This document shows positions 28,851-41,658 of a DNA stretch of 64,000 nt, in pieces (the stretch's first letter is position 1; every line of letters begins with the position of its first letter). The notes below the pieces were generated by a model, which worked only from the letters and a program-made list of their open reading frames with translations, searched no databases and had not been told where the DNA came from. Source of the stretch: Blasia pusilla (taxonomy: Eukaryota); assembly GCA_050084515.1 (NCBI GenBank), contig CM114271.1, positions 20,894,001-20,958,000 of the forward strand, written 5' to 3'. The translations under genes and the position numbers were made by a program.

Positions 28851-29667
28851 ACCTCCATTTAACTATTCTTGCTAACTCTTACCTCTTCTTGTTAGTTCTA
28901 TTAAATCGGGCACGTGTCGTAAGGGAAGAGGCTAAAATACATGCGTGTATCACGAGTTTTGAAACCTGCAATATAGATTCACGGGCGTGGACAGGTTGAC
29001 CCTTTTGTCGAGTTGACACGCCCTAGAAGCCGTGTTGGCTGTCCCCGTTGATCTGCGTAACTGGACGCGCCGCCGGAGTCGCATGTCCGGGTCTCCGTTC
29101 ACCCGAACGACAAAACAATCGTCCATCCGCCCTCTCTTTCTTTGATCCGCTCCCGATGGAGCAGCAGTCGTTTCCAGGCGTTCCATGTGTAATGCGATGT
29201 GACTGACAGAAGGGGATGGGGTCCTCCGAATTGGACACACGATTGTGAACGATGCAACGTCGAACGAATAAGGGCGAGGGACTGGATTCCCACAGGAAAG
29301 AGCGGAAATTTGCGGATGAGCGAAATTGTGCGCGGAGGACGGAAGGTCGATCAATCGATCGATCCATCATCAATGCTTGGGGAGGACTGAATCTTTGAGG
29401 AGAGGGTGATTGTAAGGATGGGTGGAGGAAGATGACGAAGAAGGCGGGGCAGGCGACGGGAGGTAGGTGTGAAATGGAATCGATGAGGAGGTGGATCGGG
29501 AGTGAGAAGTAGGGAGGGAGCGAAGGAGGGAGGGCGTGTTGGTGTTTATCGGTTCCTAGGACATTTTTGGTGGTATCATGGACGGGTTTCGTCGGTGATC
29601 TGAGGATTAGAAGATGGCAGTGATGGACCCGGTAGCAGAGGATCACTTGCACTATTGAGAAACTGCT

Positions 29668-29678
29668 ATGGAGGAGAG
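29668..29678 (+). CDS. Trihelix transcription factor, predicted 11-nt first coding exon
   Basis: ATG GAG GAG AG|GTAATT; splices in frame to the acceptor at 36092, giving MEER-DGRVYKK; in-frame stop upstream. Intermediate exons cannot be excluded. Confidence 0.6.
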
Positions 29679-31880
29679 GTAATTTTCTGTTGTTCTTCGG
29701 AGCGAGAACTTCTGCTGGCTACTACGTGTGTGCGGGCGGGCGTGCGAAGGGAGTATTACAGTGGCTGTGGCAATAATATTAGGTTGTATATGACTAGGCG
29801 TATTTGTGGTCCGGGCGTTGTTGGTCGGATTCGTCGAATCACATGTAGCTGGTCTCTTTGGTAGCTAGAGGTTGGAGATGTATATTAGTTTCAGGGACTT
29901 CTTGTCCCTGAGATTCTACTCTGCCAGTGTGTCCGATGGATTGTGTATGTCCGTGGTTTTGTCAGCTGCTATGATAAACTTACTTCAGTTCTACTTCTTA
30001 GTCTATACTTTCGAGAGCAAATGTAACTTCACAGTTAGCGAAATTACGGGTGAATAAGATATGTGCATCGCGTCAGAAAGCCTACGATCAGCAGAGCCTT
30101 TGCAGAAGTTTCACAATGATGTCAATCTATGCCCATCAGCCAGAAAGTGAATATAGTGCAGTCACGAACCTCCCCTCGATGCTGGCTTGTATGTTAGTAA
30201 CTTTGGTCTCTGACATCTTTAAAGTTCTAGAGTGTGAACTCATGTTTTCTATTGGCAGAGTGTCGCCAATTGCAGGGGCCATCGTCCCTGTCGAGAAGGC
30301 TTTTTTGGAATCGTCTATGAGGTACTATCCGTGAGAGAGAAAGAGGGTATGGGTAAGACTTACTCCTTTGTCATCTCAATCTAGTCGCTTAAACCCAATG
30401 CACGGGCTAGGAGCTTGTGTCTGGAAAAAGGCAAGGTAAGCTCTCAATGGAGAGCTTGGATAAGAAGTACTCTACTAGACTCTATCACAGTCCAAGCTTG
30501 CGCTTTGATGAAGATTCTGATATTCAGTTTTCTGGATAATGGTTCTGAGCTAGTTGCATTCAGCCATGCCCAATGTAAAATCCTGTGGAAGGAATTCCGT
30601 CTTGCCTGCTTAAATAATATATTTCTGCAAGTTAACTCTTGAACGAGTTTGTAGAACATAGCAAGTGGACCCACCTGCATTGATTGATCAGTAATAAGAT
30701 CATACATTTTCTGGTAAATCTTTATGGCAGAAGGAGACTGTACTCGTGAAGTAGTCAGTCCTAGCCTCAGGAATGTAGGGTGCGCACCCTGGTTGGAGGG
30801 TGCTTGCCATTAGGATGAAGAAGCACATAAAGTACCACATGTGAGGAGTAAGATTGTCAAGTAGTATGATTCTCGTGATATTCCATGGTAGAGTTGAGCA
30901 GGCAGGTTTCAGCCGCAAGGTGTCACACAATACCAACAACCTTACCAAAAAGATTGTCACTGAGAGCATCATCTTTGGGTTTAGAATTTACTCACTAGGA
31001 TGGCCGGACAGCTATTTTGACGTGTTAGGTAGTGTTGTAGTATAGTGTTACACTATCTACTGAAGAAATCTTCCAAGGTAGCAAGTAATCAAGGGAAGTC
31101 TCACCCCATCAGGACACCGAATTTTGATTGTATCCCCATCTTGGTCTTTTCGGGCTTAAAGTCACCCCTGTCCTGAATTGACCTTCAGCTGGTTACCAAG
31201 TAAATCCCCTGGAGGTACATCCCAATGTTAGTCTGATGCGGGTGTGCATTTCTGGCTGGTGTCTTCATGCAAGATTTGCTGCACTGCCACAAAAATGGTC
31301 TGCACTTGCTGCTGCAGTTCAGCTCCTTTTGTGTGCTATTTTGCCCTCTTGATCTCCTTGATGTTCTCTGAACTGTGCTATCATTATTTTGCTCGCTGCA
31401 TCAGTCTGTTTTGATTCTAGGCACTTTAAGTAGAAACTTAGCATAGTAATGAGAAGTCGTTGGTAAAGCTTACTTCAAGGTGTGTAGTTTTAATGGCCTG
31501 TATCCTACAATGTATTAGTTTGATCTCAGAGCTAGTCCAGACAAGACATACATGTGGTTGGCATTGCAGTTTGTGAAGGTTTACATTATTGACTTCCTAT
31601 CCCATTGAAGCTTGTAACTAAGAATATAGTGTTAGATAAATGCATTTTAGATAAAGATTCCAGTCTTATGAAATTTCTGTTAAGAGGGTCATCTGACACT
31701 GCTACTTTTAGTGACTCCACACTTGGTCACTTGGCTAAAGTGTTGCTGTACTCCAGGAGGCTGCTTTGTCTCTAGCCAACATCTGGACTAGTAGATTGTC
31801 TGGGGCTTAGATGAGATTTGTCTATGGAGTTTCCACAAAGTTCAATAGCAGGTTATGAACTTTGTGGCATTAATGACCAG

Positions 31881-32900
31881 ATTAATTGTCCACGGAGGCC
31901 CCAGGGGGCCATTGGACTTAGTTTTGCAAGTTTTACTGTAGTTGACAAGAAAGGAAGAGAAAAATCATAAGTGAGGGGCTAAGAGGTCCTTTGTGCATGG
32001 TGATACCTCTAGCTTTAAAACCGTTCAATAATCTAGCAATCTGGACCTGGTCCTGTCTAGCCATGAACTTGGACACCTTGAGTGCAGAGTCTTGGAAGAG
32101 ATCGGGAAATTCAGCTCTTATGTGATCCTGGAAAGTGCAGTGGAAACGTGAATGTTGTGCATTATCAATGAGGCCGGAGTTGCAATGCCAACACAAGCTG
32201 TCCTTTTTTTCCTTCTTTGAGAATTTCCCTTTCTCAATCTCAAGGTTAGTTGAACGACATCTGAATCTAGCTATATGCATGACGGCACTTGGTGGGAATA
32301 GGGACAGGAATGTAAGAGGTATGCTTCTTGGATCTCCCAGTATCTATGAAGGTGCAGTAGTGTTTCATCCTTTCAGCATTTTTTTGAGATTTATTGCCCC
32401 TGCTTGCCCTCAGCTTCTGGTGCCGACCCATTTGATAGAGACACATAATTGCTGTGTAGTTGTTCCCACCAAGGTTAGTGCTTGGTGGTAGGTCGTGGAT
32501 TGAAACGGCCCATTTCGGGAGCCATTTGCTGCAGTCAAAGTATCAGTTGTTCGCCTGAGCAACCACATTATTCCTAGAAGCTTCCAAAGCTCTTGAAGAA
32601 AGACAATTTGGGTTGTCTTAACTGATATCTTGAAGGTGTTGGAGGAATGTGATCACATACTTTACAGTCAATTGGTACCTCACCAAACTCAGCCAGGAGC
32701 AAGTCATAGGGAGTTATCCTAAAGCCCAAGCTCTGTCGCATGACGAGCTTTTGAGGGACCTCTAGTTCCTTTGGCCATTCATTCAAGCTGGGGCCCTATA
32801 CTTCAGAGCCATGAAGCATGGATGGGATGGCCATGGCTTTGAAGCGATGAAGTTTTTGTGGTACATGCCACAGTTCCATCGTTTTGCAACATGGAGCTTA
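31881..32900 (-). mobile_element. 5'-truncated LINE fragment (C-terminal zinc-knuckle region + 3' UTR) in the trihelix intron
   Basis: HIARFRCRSTNLEIEKG...LCWHC...NAQHSRFHC; 3' end shares about 130 bp of similarity with the LINE end at 8721-8850. Confidence 0.75.
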
Positions 32901-32909
32901 TAAAGCTTT

Positions 32910-34310
32910 TGAACTAGCTGTTTCCACAAAGTTCTTCTCATCTTTCTACAGGTTATGGGCCTTCTTTCTCATCTTTCTACAGGTTATGGGCCTCCATGGG
33001 AGTACTAATGGTTTTCATATTGGACTGTTAGATGGCTCTTGTTGGCGAGACTGGAAAGATGGTGCTCAGAATGTGCTAGCTTGTAGGCAGCTCTGAGATG
33101 CAGTGACTGATCCAGCAATCTCTGCTCCAACTCCTTCGTCCAATTCTACTTCTGAAACTGCTATGGAAGCATCTACACCTGTGTCTATGTCTACCAGCGC
33201 ATAACATAGCAACAGACCCTTCAACAGAAAGAGAGATTAAAAAATCAGGCTCATTATCTGATTCGTTTGCATTTCCAAGGAGAATCTCAGGCCCCGACTT
33301 GGGGCATATGAGTTAGGAACATATGTAGCTGAATGGCTGTTTCGCATTCCTCTGAGGAGTATATCAAGGAGGCTGGGTAGCCATAGAAGGAAAAGAGCCA
33401 TGGCTTGCCCTGGCATTGCCTTTATTGTGGACCAGTTATGAAAATACATGTCCAACCATTCTATTGGACATAGGCAAGCTGCTATGCATTGACTGTGGTA
33501 TATGAAGGGAATGTCTGATATGGGCATTGTTTGCGATGCTTTCACTGTTCAAGGTTATGCAGATGCAAGCTTTGCTTCATCGTAAGATGATAAAAGATGC
33601 ATTTCAGGATTTACTCTTATGATGGTAGGTCTTGCGGTACACTGGACCTCAAAGAAGCACACAGTTACTGCACAGTCAACTACAGAAGTGGAGTATATTC
33701 CTCTCAGTGAGGTTACCAAAGAAATACTCTGGATTCAACACCTACTTACTGATGTTGGTTTTCCAGAACAATCTCCAATAATTCTTTACAAAGATAACCA
33801 AGCTGCTATCCAACTCTCTTGACTAATTTCTTCTCCAACTGCGAGATCGAATATTTTGAACTGAACGTTTCTTCGAACATTCTCATCAACAACACATCTG
33901 TCTACAAGAATGTCGCTACTTGGTCCAGGCTGCTGATGTTCTCACCAAACACCTCCCCATGGACAAACTTTATTCTTTGCTGCAAATATTAGGATGTGGG
34001 AGATGTAGCTGAGTGGGAGGTATGTCCCTTTAGAGTAGCTAGCTGTATGCTTTATCCTTTTCAGCTAGACCATTCCAACTCAGTGCGAGTGTCAGAGGCA
34101 TCCATTTTAAACAAAGGTTCCAGGCTCACGAAATGTCTGTAAAGGCAACCATCTGACCCTGCTACTCTTAGTGACTTCCCGCTTGGTGGCTTGGCTAAAG
34201 TGGTACTGCATTCCAGTAGGCTCTCTAGTCTCTAGCGAACATCCAGACTACTATAGAGTCTGGGGCTCAGATGAGATTCGTCTACAAAGTTTCCACAAAG
34301 TTCCTAAGCA
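32910..34310 (+). mobile_element. Internally deleted Ty1/Copia remnant (PBS, RNase H, PPT, 3' LTR) in the trihelix intron
   Basis: CA|GGTTATGGGCC at 32950 (duplicated in tandem); GYADASFA..DDKRCISG, VHWTSKKHTVTAQSTTEVEYI, DNQAAI; PPT GAGTGGGAGG at 34011-34020; segment 34130-34310 repeats 31670-31850. Confidence 0.8.
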
Positions 34311-36091
34311 GCTCTGATACCACATCATTCATCTCTCTCATCTTGCAACATATATACTTACCAGGAAGACAAACTTGAAAGCCAGCCAGTGGTAGGTCAG
34401 GTCCATGAACAACTCCACTGGTTTGTGTGTAGACATGTTTTTGCTTCGACAGTTTTGGCTAGCCAAGTCCTCTGAGCAACATCTTTTTCATGTATTGAAG
34501 AAGGGACTGATGTCACTGCTTAGAGAACTTAGCAATGATGCCATTCCTGAACCACATTGGTATCATTCCACTCATGTTGCTTCTTAGTTGGACAGTGTAA
34601 CACCAGAGGGTGGGACTATTTTCACTAGACAATGCATACTAATTTAGTGTTTACTTACATATTAGTGAAACTCTTACCCCACAGCTGGAAAGATTAAAAT
34701 GATGAAAGACGATCTCCTCCACATTATGGCATACTCAGGAGAGTTGGATCTAGAAATAAGTAACTCAATTGGAGTTATGTTAAAGGATTTACCTTACAGG
34801 TTCCTGTTTTTTTGCTACTGAGCAAAATAATTAAATGTCCTGGCTTGTTGAAATTCTGAGCAGGATGTGGTTTGTGGAGGAGATATTGGTTTGTTGAGAT
34901 GACAGCATTTCTGCACCTTACACTGCCTGAGGTGGTTTTAAATTGGTTGTCTTGAGCTATTTGCTATCTTCTTAATGTGGCTCTTTTTGCAAATAATAGC
35001 GACTTCCTGGTTGTTACAATGGCTTGATGGCAATGCTTCAGTAGTCCTCGTCTCCCGTTTTGTGACTGCATGGAACTCCTTGGCTCTGCTAGAATTTCTC
35101 TCCAGTTCTGGTTTCATTTTTCAGATTTGCCCTTGGAAGGGTTGCAGTTTTATCTGTTTCTTCCATTAACCGTACAATGGAACGTCTGAGCAGAAGTTCA
35201 TATTCCTTCTTTCACCTTGTCTGTCTTCTTTTAGATAGAAGGAAGGCAAGCTGTATTTCTGCCTTCATTTGCAGGGTAGCTCTACAACGTGCGTGCCTTA
35301 TGGAATATGCAATATGATGGACAACGGTTGTCATGGCTGTCTGTAAGGCATTGTTTGCAGTTAGGGTCACGTTGGCTTCACAGGAATTTGAGACGTGTTT
35401 AAGGAAATCTAAAAGTGAGTTAAATCTAGGACCCTTAACTTGCAAATTTGAACTGACTTAACATGGTAGTCATTGGAGCTTATCAAGTAATTTACAAGTT
35501 TACCATAGCACGATGATGCTTGTTGCATTTCATTGGATTTAGTAATACTGATTCATCCATTTTTGCTTTGCTAGCTGAGAATCTCCACAGCTATAGTGGC
35601 CTAATTAAGCAGTCAGTGAACTTTGCCTCATTGGGTAAACTATGGCCCACTCTCACCTTAGAGTAAGTGTTTGGAGATCCAACTTTTAGGAGTAATTTCC
35701 AAATAACATCTGGATAGCTACAGTCTAGGCAGAAATTATGGGACATGTATTATTTTTAGGGTTGTGCACACTTATTTTCTCTCTAAAGCTGCAGAGTGCT
35801 TGGACAAGCATAATTCCAGCAGCTCCTGAATGTAGTCCGTCTGTCGATCCTTCTGTGGTCCAGTGACATCTGCCCTTGGATGTGAATGATAAGACACCAT
35901 TGCAAGGTTTCTCCACACACCCAGAGAGATGTGAATCGTAATGTTGTCTTTAGTTGATCTTTCTGTTTCTTGAATGGACAATGAATGTCTGATGAATCTA
36001 TTGTGTATTTTGAATGTAAAAGAGTTGAGCCTGTAATGAGCAAGATTAACATAGAGCCAAACTCTTCTTGTTGTTTTCTTCATGTGTGCAG

Positions 36092-36498
36092 AGATGGTCG
36101 AGTATACAAGAAGACAAATTGGTCAGTTACTGAATGTTTGGTTCTTCAAGCTGCAAAACGTGAAGAAAATGATAAACATGACAAGCAGCGTGGTGCGAAA
36201 GAAAAATGGCTTGCAATTGAGGAATATTGTTGGGAGCATTCTGTGCATCGTAGTGGGCAGCAGTGCAAGGACCGCTGGTACAGAATGGCATTAGAGTTCA
36301 AGAAGGTGTATGAGTATCAAAGAGCGATTCCTACTGGGAAGCCATCGTACTGGCAACTTTCTGGTTCAGAGAGGAAAGAGGCCCGGCATCCTATAGTTTT
36401 TCATCAAGAAATTTATGATGCAATGGTGGATTGGTATTTGAATAGCAAGCCAGGCAATGTGGTGATTGACACTTCTGTTCCATCTCCGGCAGATGAAG
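36092..36498 (+). CDS. Trihelix (Myb/SANT-like) transcription factor, ASR3/SH4-clade-like, DNA-binding exon
   Basis: KKTNWSVTECLVLQAAK...KWLAIEEYCWEHSVHRSGQQCKDRWYRMALEFKKVYEYQ...SYWQLSGSERKEARHP; AG/GT bounded. Confidence 0.9.
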
Positions 36499-37702
36499 GT
36501 CCATTCTCCTTACTTACATATCTGAATCTCCCTTCCTGGGTTACGGTTAATCTTGTTGAACAATTCAGTCATTGTGTTTTGTGGGTTACAATTGGATTTA
36601 ACTCTTTCGAATCAACCTCGTGGGATAGACAGTTTGAATTCTGAAGTTTGCCTTAAATATCCCAGTAAGTGTGGTTCACCTTAGTAGAGAAGGTAATAGG
36701 ATAGTTTCAAAGATCACCTGCAGACCCTCATACAAGGCAAGCCATTTTGGGAACTGTCTCCCATGCTGGCAGAAACTGGCCTGAACTTCCATCCTTTCAC
36801 CTACTGTTAGATATCAAATGTTAATATACTACTCACCCTCCCCTCACTGACTTCGTGATTCCCTCAAAGCTGTATCTGGTTTTTTCGTTCTCCTTCATAT
36901 CCTTCACAGCATATAGGGTACGGACTCTGAAAGATGCACTCTTTTGCAAGTGAAGGAAAGGGATGTTCAAATTTTATGCTGTGGGAAAGGGAGCTGACTG
37001 AGCTCCTGGTTTGACAAACTGTAAGTGTGAGAGTTAAATTTGTATGATCTTTGAATTTTAAGTTATCTGGATAGAGTTGTGATGACGTGACTGCTCTACT
37101 GGAATGGAATATCTCTCTGAGATGCTCTGACATTCTAAGGATAGTGTCCATTGCCATTTGGATTCTCATGGCTATGTATGTAGCCTAGCCATGACTTGTG
37201 AGCCTTTCATCGGTCTCCTCTAACAGATGGTCATTAGTCATCCCAGCTTACTGTTTGGTATCCCTTTGAGGGTTAGTGGGATTGGATGGATGCTGCTTTC
37301 ACATGTCATGCATCAAGCATCCATGGTTCCATAACTGTCAATAGTTGGGATGCTTATGGTCACAAATTGTTATCAATGCTGTGTTAGATTGGTTATTTGT
37401 TTGGAATATTTGCACCTCTATCTTGAATTGCAGAGCTCTCAACTTATAGTTTCTATGGGTAAAGAAGGGCAGTACAGTGTTGAAATGGGTGTTTGTCTGT
37501 ATGTCTGGGGGATAGATCCTTATTTGCGCGGTTGTGAAAAGATGAACTCTTTGTCCCTCACAATCTGAGGGTAGGTGTACTGCAATGGTTCTATGGCTTT
37601 TTGACACAGCTGAGAATCATACATTTTATCTTGGCAGTCCAGAATCTCCACTGGTAAAGCTTTTCCGACTCTCAGGATGTAGTTTTGGCTCATTTATTCC
37701 AG

Positions 37703-38094
37703 GGAATCATGATGCAAGCAATGGAGACTGTTCAGGAACAGATGAAGGAGAAAGTGATGATCAGAGTGGACACAGTATCGGGAGGAGTAAGAGGAGGAAG
37801 ACAATAGTGAGGGCTGCAGAGAGCTTGGCTGGCATGGTGGAACGCAGTGGACTAGCCACTCAGAAAGCCCTTTTGGAGTGTGAGGATCGTAAGGATCGAC
37901 GACTTGAAAAGCAATTAGAGGTCAACGAGCGCTTGGCAGTCCGACAACTGGAGGCCAATGAGAGGTTAGCTGTGAAGCAGATAGAAGCCAATGAGCGCAT
38001 TGCATCCGGTTATATTCAGGCCATTATCAGTCTTGCAGATGCCCTCCGAGCTTTCGCGGCTCCCAAGAGTGCAGAGCCTCGGATGAGTGATTAG
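37703..38094 (+). CDS. Trihelix transcription factor, last exon (NLS-like RSKRRK, coiled coil)
   Basis: Acceptor at 37702/37703 in phase with the 36498 donor; repeated QLE(V/A)NERLA coiled-coil units; TAG at 38094. Confidence 0.85.
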
Positions 38095-40935
38095 TTCTCG
38101 CAAGGTTGCGGTCTGTCAATATAGTGCCAAATTATCATCTCATGAGACTAAATCCCGACCCTTGAATTGTAGCTGAAATGGGATATCCACAACGGTGGAG
38201 GGATCCCCAGGTAGTCCCTTTAACAGCGATATGAGTCTAAGTTCACGAGGGGTCGTTTACATTGGTTCTGCCAAAATATGTTGTGCTAACCATTGCTGAA
38301 AGAAGCAGGTTGGAGATAAGATGGTGAGCACAATTACAATTTTTTAAAGAGACATTATTCATCAATCCATGTTCCTACATTTCCTGGAGTCTGATTCTTG
38401 TGGCATGGAAACTATCCTTTAATGCTGTCATGTGGGCGCCATTATGTTTTTTCTTTCATATTTCCTTTGCATGTGTGTTCCACACATGTTTGATAATGCA
38501 CTCCACCCCCTCAAGGGGCTGCACTCTGGTTTGTTATCTCCTTTTCTTCCTCTGAATCTGGATTAGCAATCGTCCATTACTAGTATTTATCTGGAAGGAC
38601 CACATAAATACAAGTAAATCAGTACTTCCATCATTAGTCTATTCTCTTTTCAAGGGTATGGCTTGGCGCTTCTTCTGCAATGAACCAGTGGCCTTTCGTG
38701 TGTAACATTGATCTAAAGATGTTCCGTGCCTGATAGCTGCAATATTTGATTCAAATAGGCTTCACCTTAAGTTCTGAATTCCCAAGGTTCACCCCACCAC
38801 ATGCTATCAAGGCATCGAGAAAATAAATCATGAATTCATTTCACAAGGAGACTCATGACAAAATGTATTGGTTGAAAATGTGTATTCATTTAGCTGGAAG
38901 ATTGATGAAAAGAGTACATGGGATAAAACGTGTAAAGGTGATCGCGTTTCCGAAATCATTGAGGGAAAAATATTTACGTCATATGTTGACTACGCATCTA
39001 GGGTTCATAGATTTCACAACAAATTTGAAGCAAAGCATGGAATATTAAAAGGGAAATTTGAGGTACTAATGTACGGGGTAGGGGTCTTGTGCCTTTTCCA
39101 AACTAGGGAGCCATTTGAGGTAGATGTGACCTTCATTGCCTCCGTCGTCGTCAAGGATATAAGTGCTAGGGTAGGATGCGGGCTTATCCCTAAAGTTAGG
39201 TTCTCTCCTCAACCATGAGTCGCTTAATTTGGGCTACATGATGCGTGATCAAGGCGTAGGCACAACAATATTGCTATGGAGCACTTGATTGTGAGCTGCG
39301 ACGGGGGATGGAAGATTATGTCATGGTACCAGAGCGGTGGGGTCATCGCAACAAGTGCCATATGATGATATGGATGCAGAGAGGAGCCATGATGGCCCAC
39401 ATGCACTTGCAAGAGTGAGGTGTGTTCTTGCTCTATGGAAGTGGATTTAGTTGTTCAACATTAGAGAGAGATATGGAGTGTGAGTGCATGCATTGATTTC
39501 ATATTTTATCAGAGATGTATCTTTTTGGTACATAATTGTTGGTATGTATGGACTCCATGATCAATCATGATATCTTGTTTTATGAGTGTATGGGTGGTGA
39601 CGATGATGTATGTTATCTAGGGATGTGTATCCGTTTGAAAACTTAACCATCCATCATGCAACAAATTTTTTGAGATGTAGTAGAGCGCCTTCGTGAGTAG
39701 TGGAGGAGAGGCTGAGTAGGTCGAAGATGACCTGCTCAGGCCTCGGGAAACCCGAGAGAGCAGGTTTTCCCTTCGTTTCGGCTCATTTGGAGCCATATTG
39801 AGGAACTTAATATTCTAGGTAAGTACCATTTTGAGTATATGATCGACTTTCTATTTTTGGTAAGTGACCCTTGACCTCCTACATTAGGTCAAGAGCCAAG
39901 GAGGTGACTTCGGAGAATAGGTTACCATGGAGAGAGCTTGGGAGCTTGGGAGAGGGGTATACTTCAAGGAGAGAGGGCTTGAGAGCTCATTCTCTCTTTG
40001 TTGAACCTCCTGGCATGAGGCGGCGGAGCTATGGTCCCTTGCCTTATGAGTGTAACCCAAGCCTCTCATTAGGAGAGTGGGTTTGGTTTGACATGAGAGA
40101 GAGTGCACACCTTTGAGAGCTATGGTGTGAGATGGTGTAGAAAGAGGTTGGATCTTACTTTACAAAGAGAGAATGAGAGAGTGAGAGAGCGAGAGAGCTT
40201 CATGGGGGAGCTCGCTGGTCACTCGTTGTTTTTGCAGGTTGGGGACGGTGTTCCCTGTTGAGCGGCTCATGGGAGTGCTTACCAGAGCAAGGGCTGCTTT
40301 GATTGTTCTTTGCATTTGCCGATTTTTCGTATGGAAGAATGGCACGCGGAAGTGTTGCCCAATTTATGATAGGGATTGATTATGGGGGCAGGTTGCCCCA
40401 TGCCGGTGCTTTCGGGAGCACCATGTAGCTTTCTGATTTGTATTTTTATAGGTTTTACATTTTCTTTGGGAGAAATCAGCGCGGAAGCGTTGCCGAATTT
40501 GGTGTAGGAGAAAGAGATATTGGGATTTACAACAATCCCCATCAATTTTTACTGGAATGTCCAATTCCAAATATTTTTTAACGCCGTTGTAGGTCGTGAA
40601 GCTGTGCATGTTGTACAACAAATGGTGCGCAATTTGAAGTGCGAGTAAAAAGTTATGCTCAATCTTGCAAAACTGCCATTTTTAGGTAAATTTTAGGGTT
40701 AAATTGTTCAAACCCTAAACCAGCTGCCACGCCGGCGGCGGCCGTCGCCGTCATAGTCACCGTCACCGGTCAACCCTCACCAGTGATGTTCAATTGTCAT
40801 TGTCAACAGTCAACCGTCACCGTCAACGGTCGTCGTCACCATCAACGGTTAATCATCACCATCAACGGTCCACCGTCCACCGTCGGCCGTTGCTGTTGCC
40901 CAACGTTGCTAAGAGCCGCATTGGGCCGTTTTCCA

Positions 40936-41658
40936 TGTCACATCTGAGTAGCGGATAGGCTGAGATCTATCGTGAATAGTGCATAGGAGCCAGCAGACTA
41001 TCTTGAGTGTAACTTTGTCCCACAGTGTCAAATGAGGTTGAGGATAGGTCCATTGTATCAGGAACATTGTTTTTGATAACTTTCATGTTGAGGTCTTTTA
41101 CAGCCGGATGACTTGTTGACCAGGTCACCCGCCCCTGGTAACCTGTGCGCGCAGGGTACCAAGGGGAGGGCTATTTTTAGGGGTAGAGCCTTTTGGCTCT
41201 TCCCAACCCTATATAAGAGAGGAAGGTGGCTTTCCAAAACTATCTTTCTCATGTTGGGCCGTTGGAGCACCTCCCTTGTATGTGTGTGAGATAGGACTAG
41301 GGTGCTAGCGTTTGGATTCCTTGATAGCACAAGGTGGACGAGGCTCGATATGTCGATGTAGATTGAGGAGTGGAGTTTTAGGCCGAGTGTGCCGTTTTTA
41401 CTACTCTTTATTTTTACATGAGAAAGATGTCAGGGGGCTGGTGGGAATTCGTTGTTTGCAGGTAGGCAAGCGAGTTGCCTTGGTTGGGAGCCCGTGGAGA
41501 CGTTGGTTGGCGTCGTAGTTGTTGTGTGATCTCCATATATATGTATGAGTTGATTTTTGTACATGTGTGGATCGACCCGTGTGTGGGGTAGATCGGTGTT
41601 GTGTGGTGTATATGTGACCAACGATGTAGGTTGTGTAGCGATATGTATGCGCACGACA
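40936..41658 (+). mobile_element. Solo LTR (723 bp) with 4-bp TSD TCCA
   Basis: TGTCAC...GCACGACA flanked by TCCA on both sides; internal TATATAAG at about 41210; last ~40 bp resemble the right end of element B. Confidence 0.7.

Noticed and set aside
34311-34323. Minus-strand tRNA-Met PBS (TGGTATCAGAGC)
   Set aside because: The motif is real, but no associated LTR pair or coding region could be delimited.
39100-40930. Candidate 5' terminal repeat/leader of element A, including CACCGTCAAC-like short repeats at 40740-40885
   Set aside because: It looks retroelement-like, but there is no partner repeat or TSD in the window to fix boundaries.
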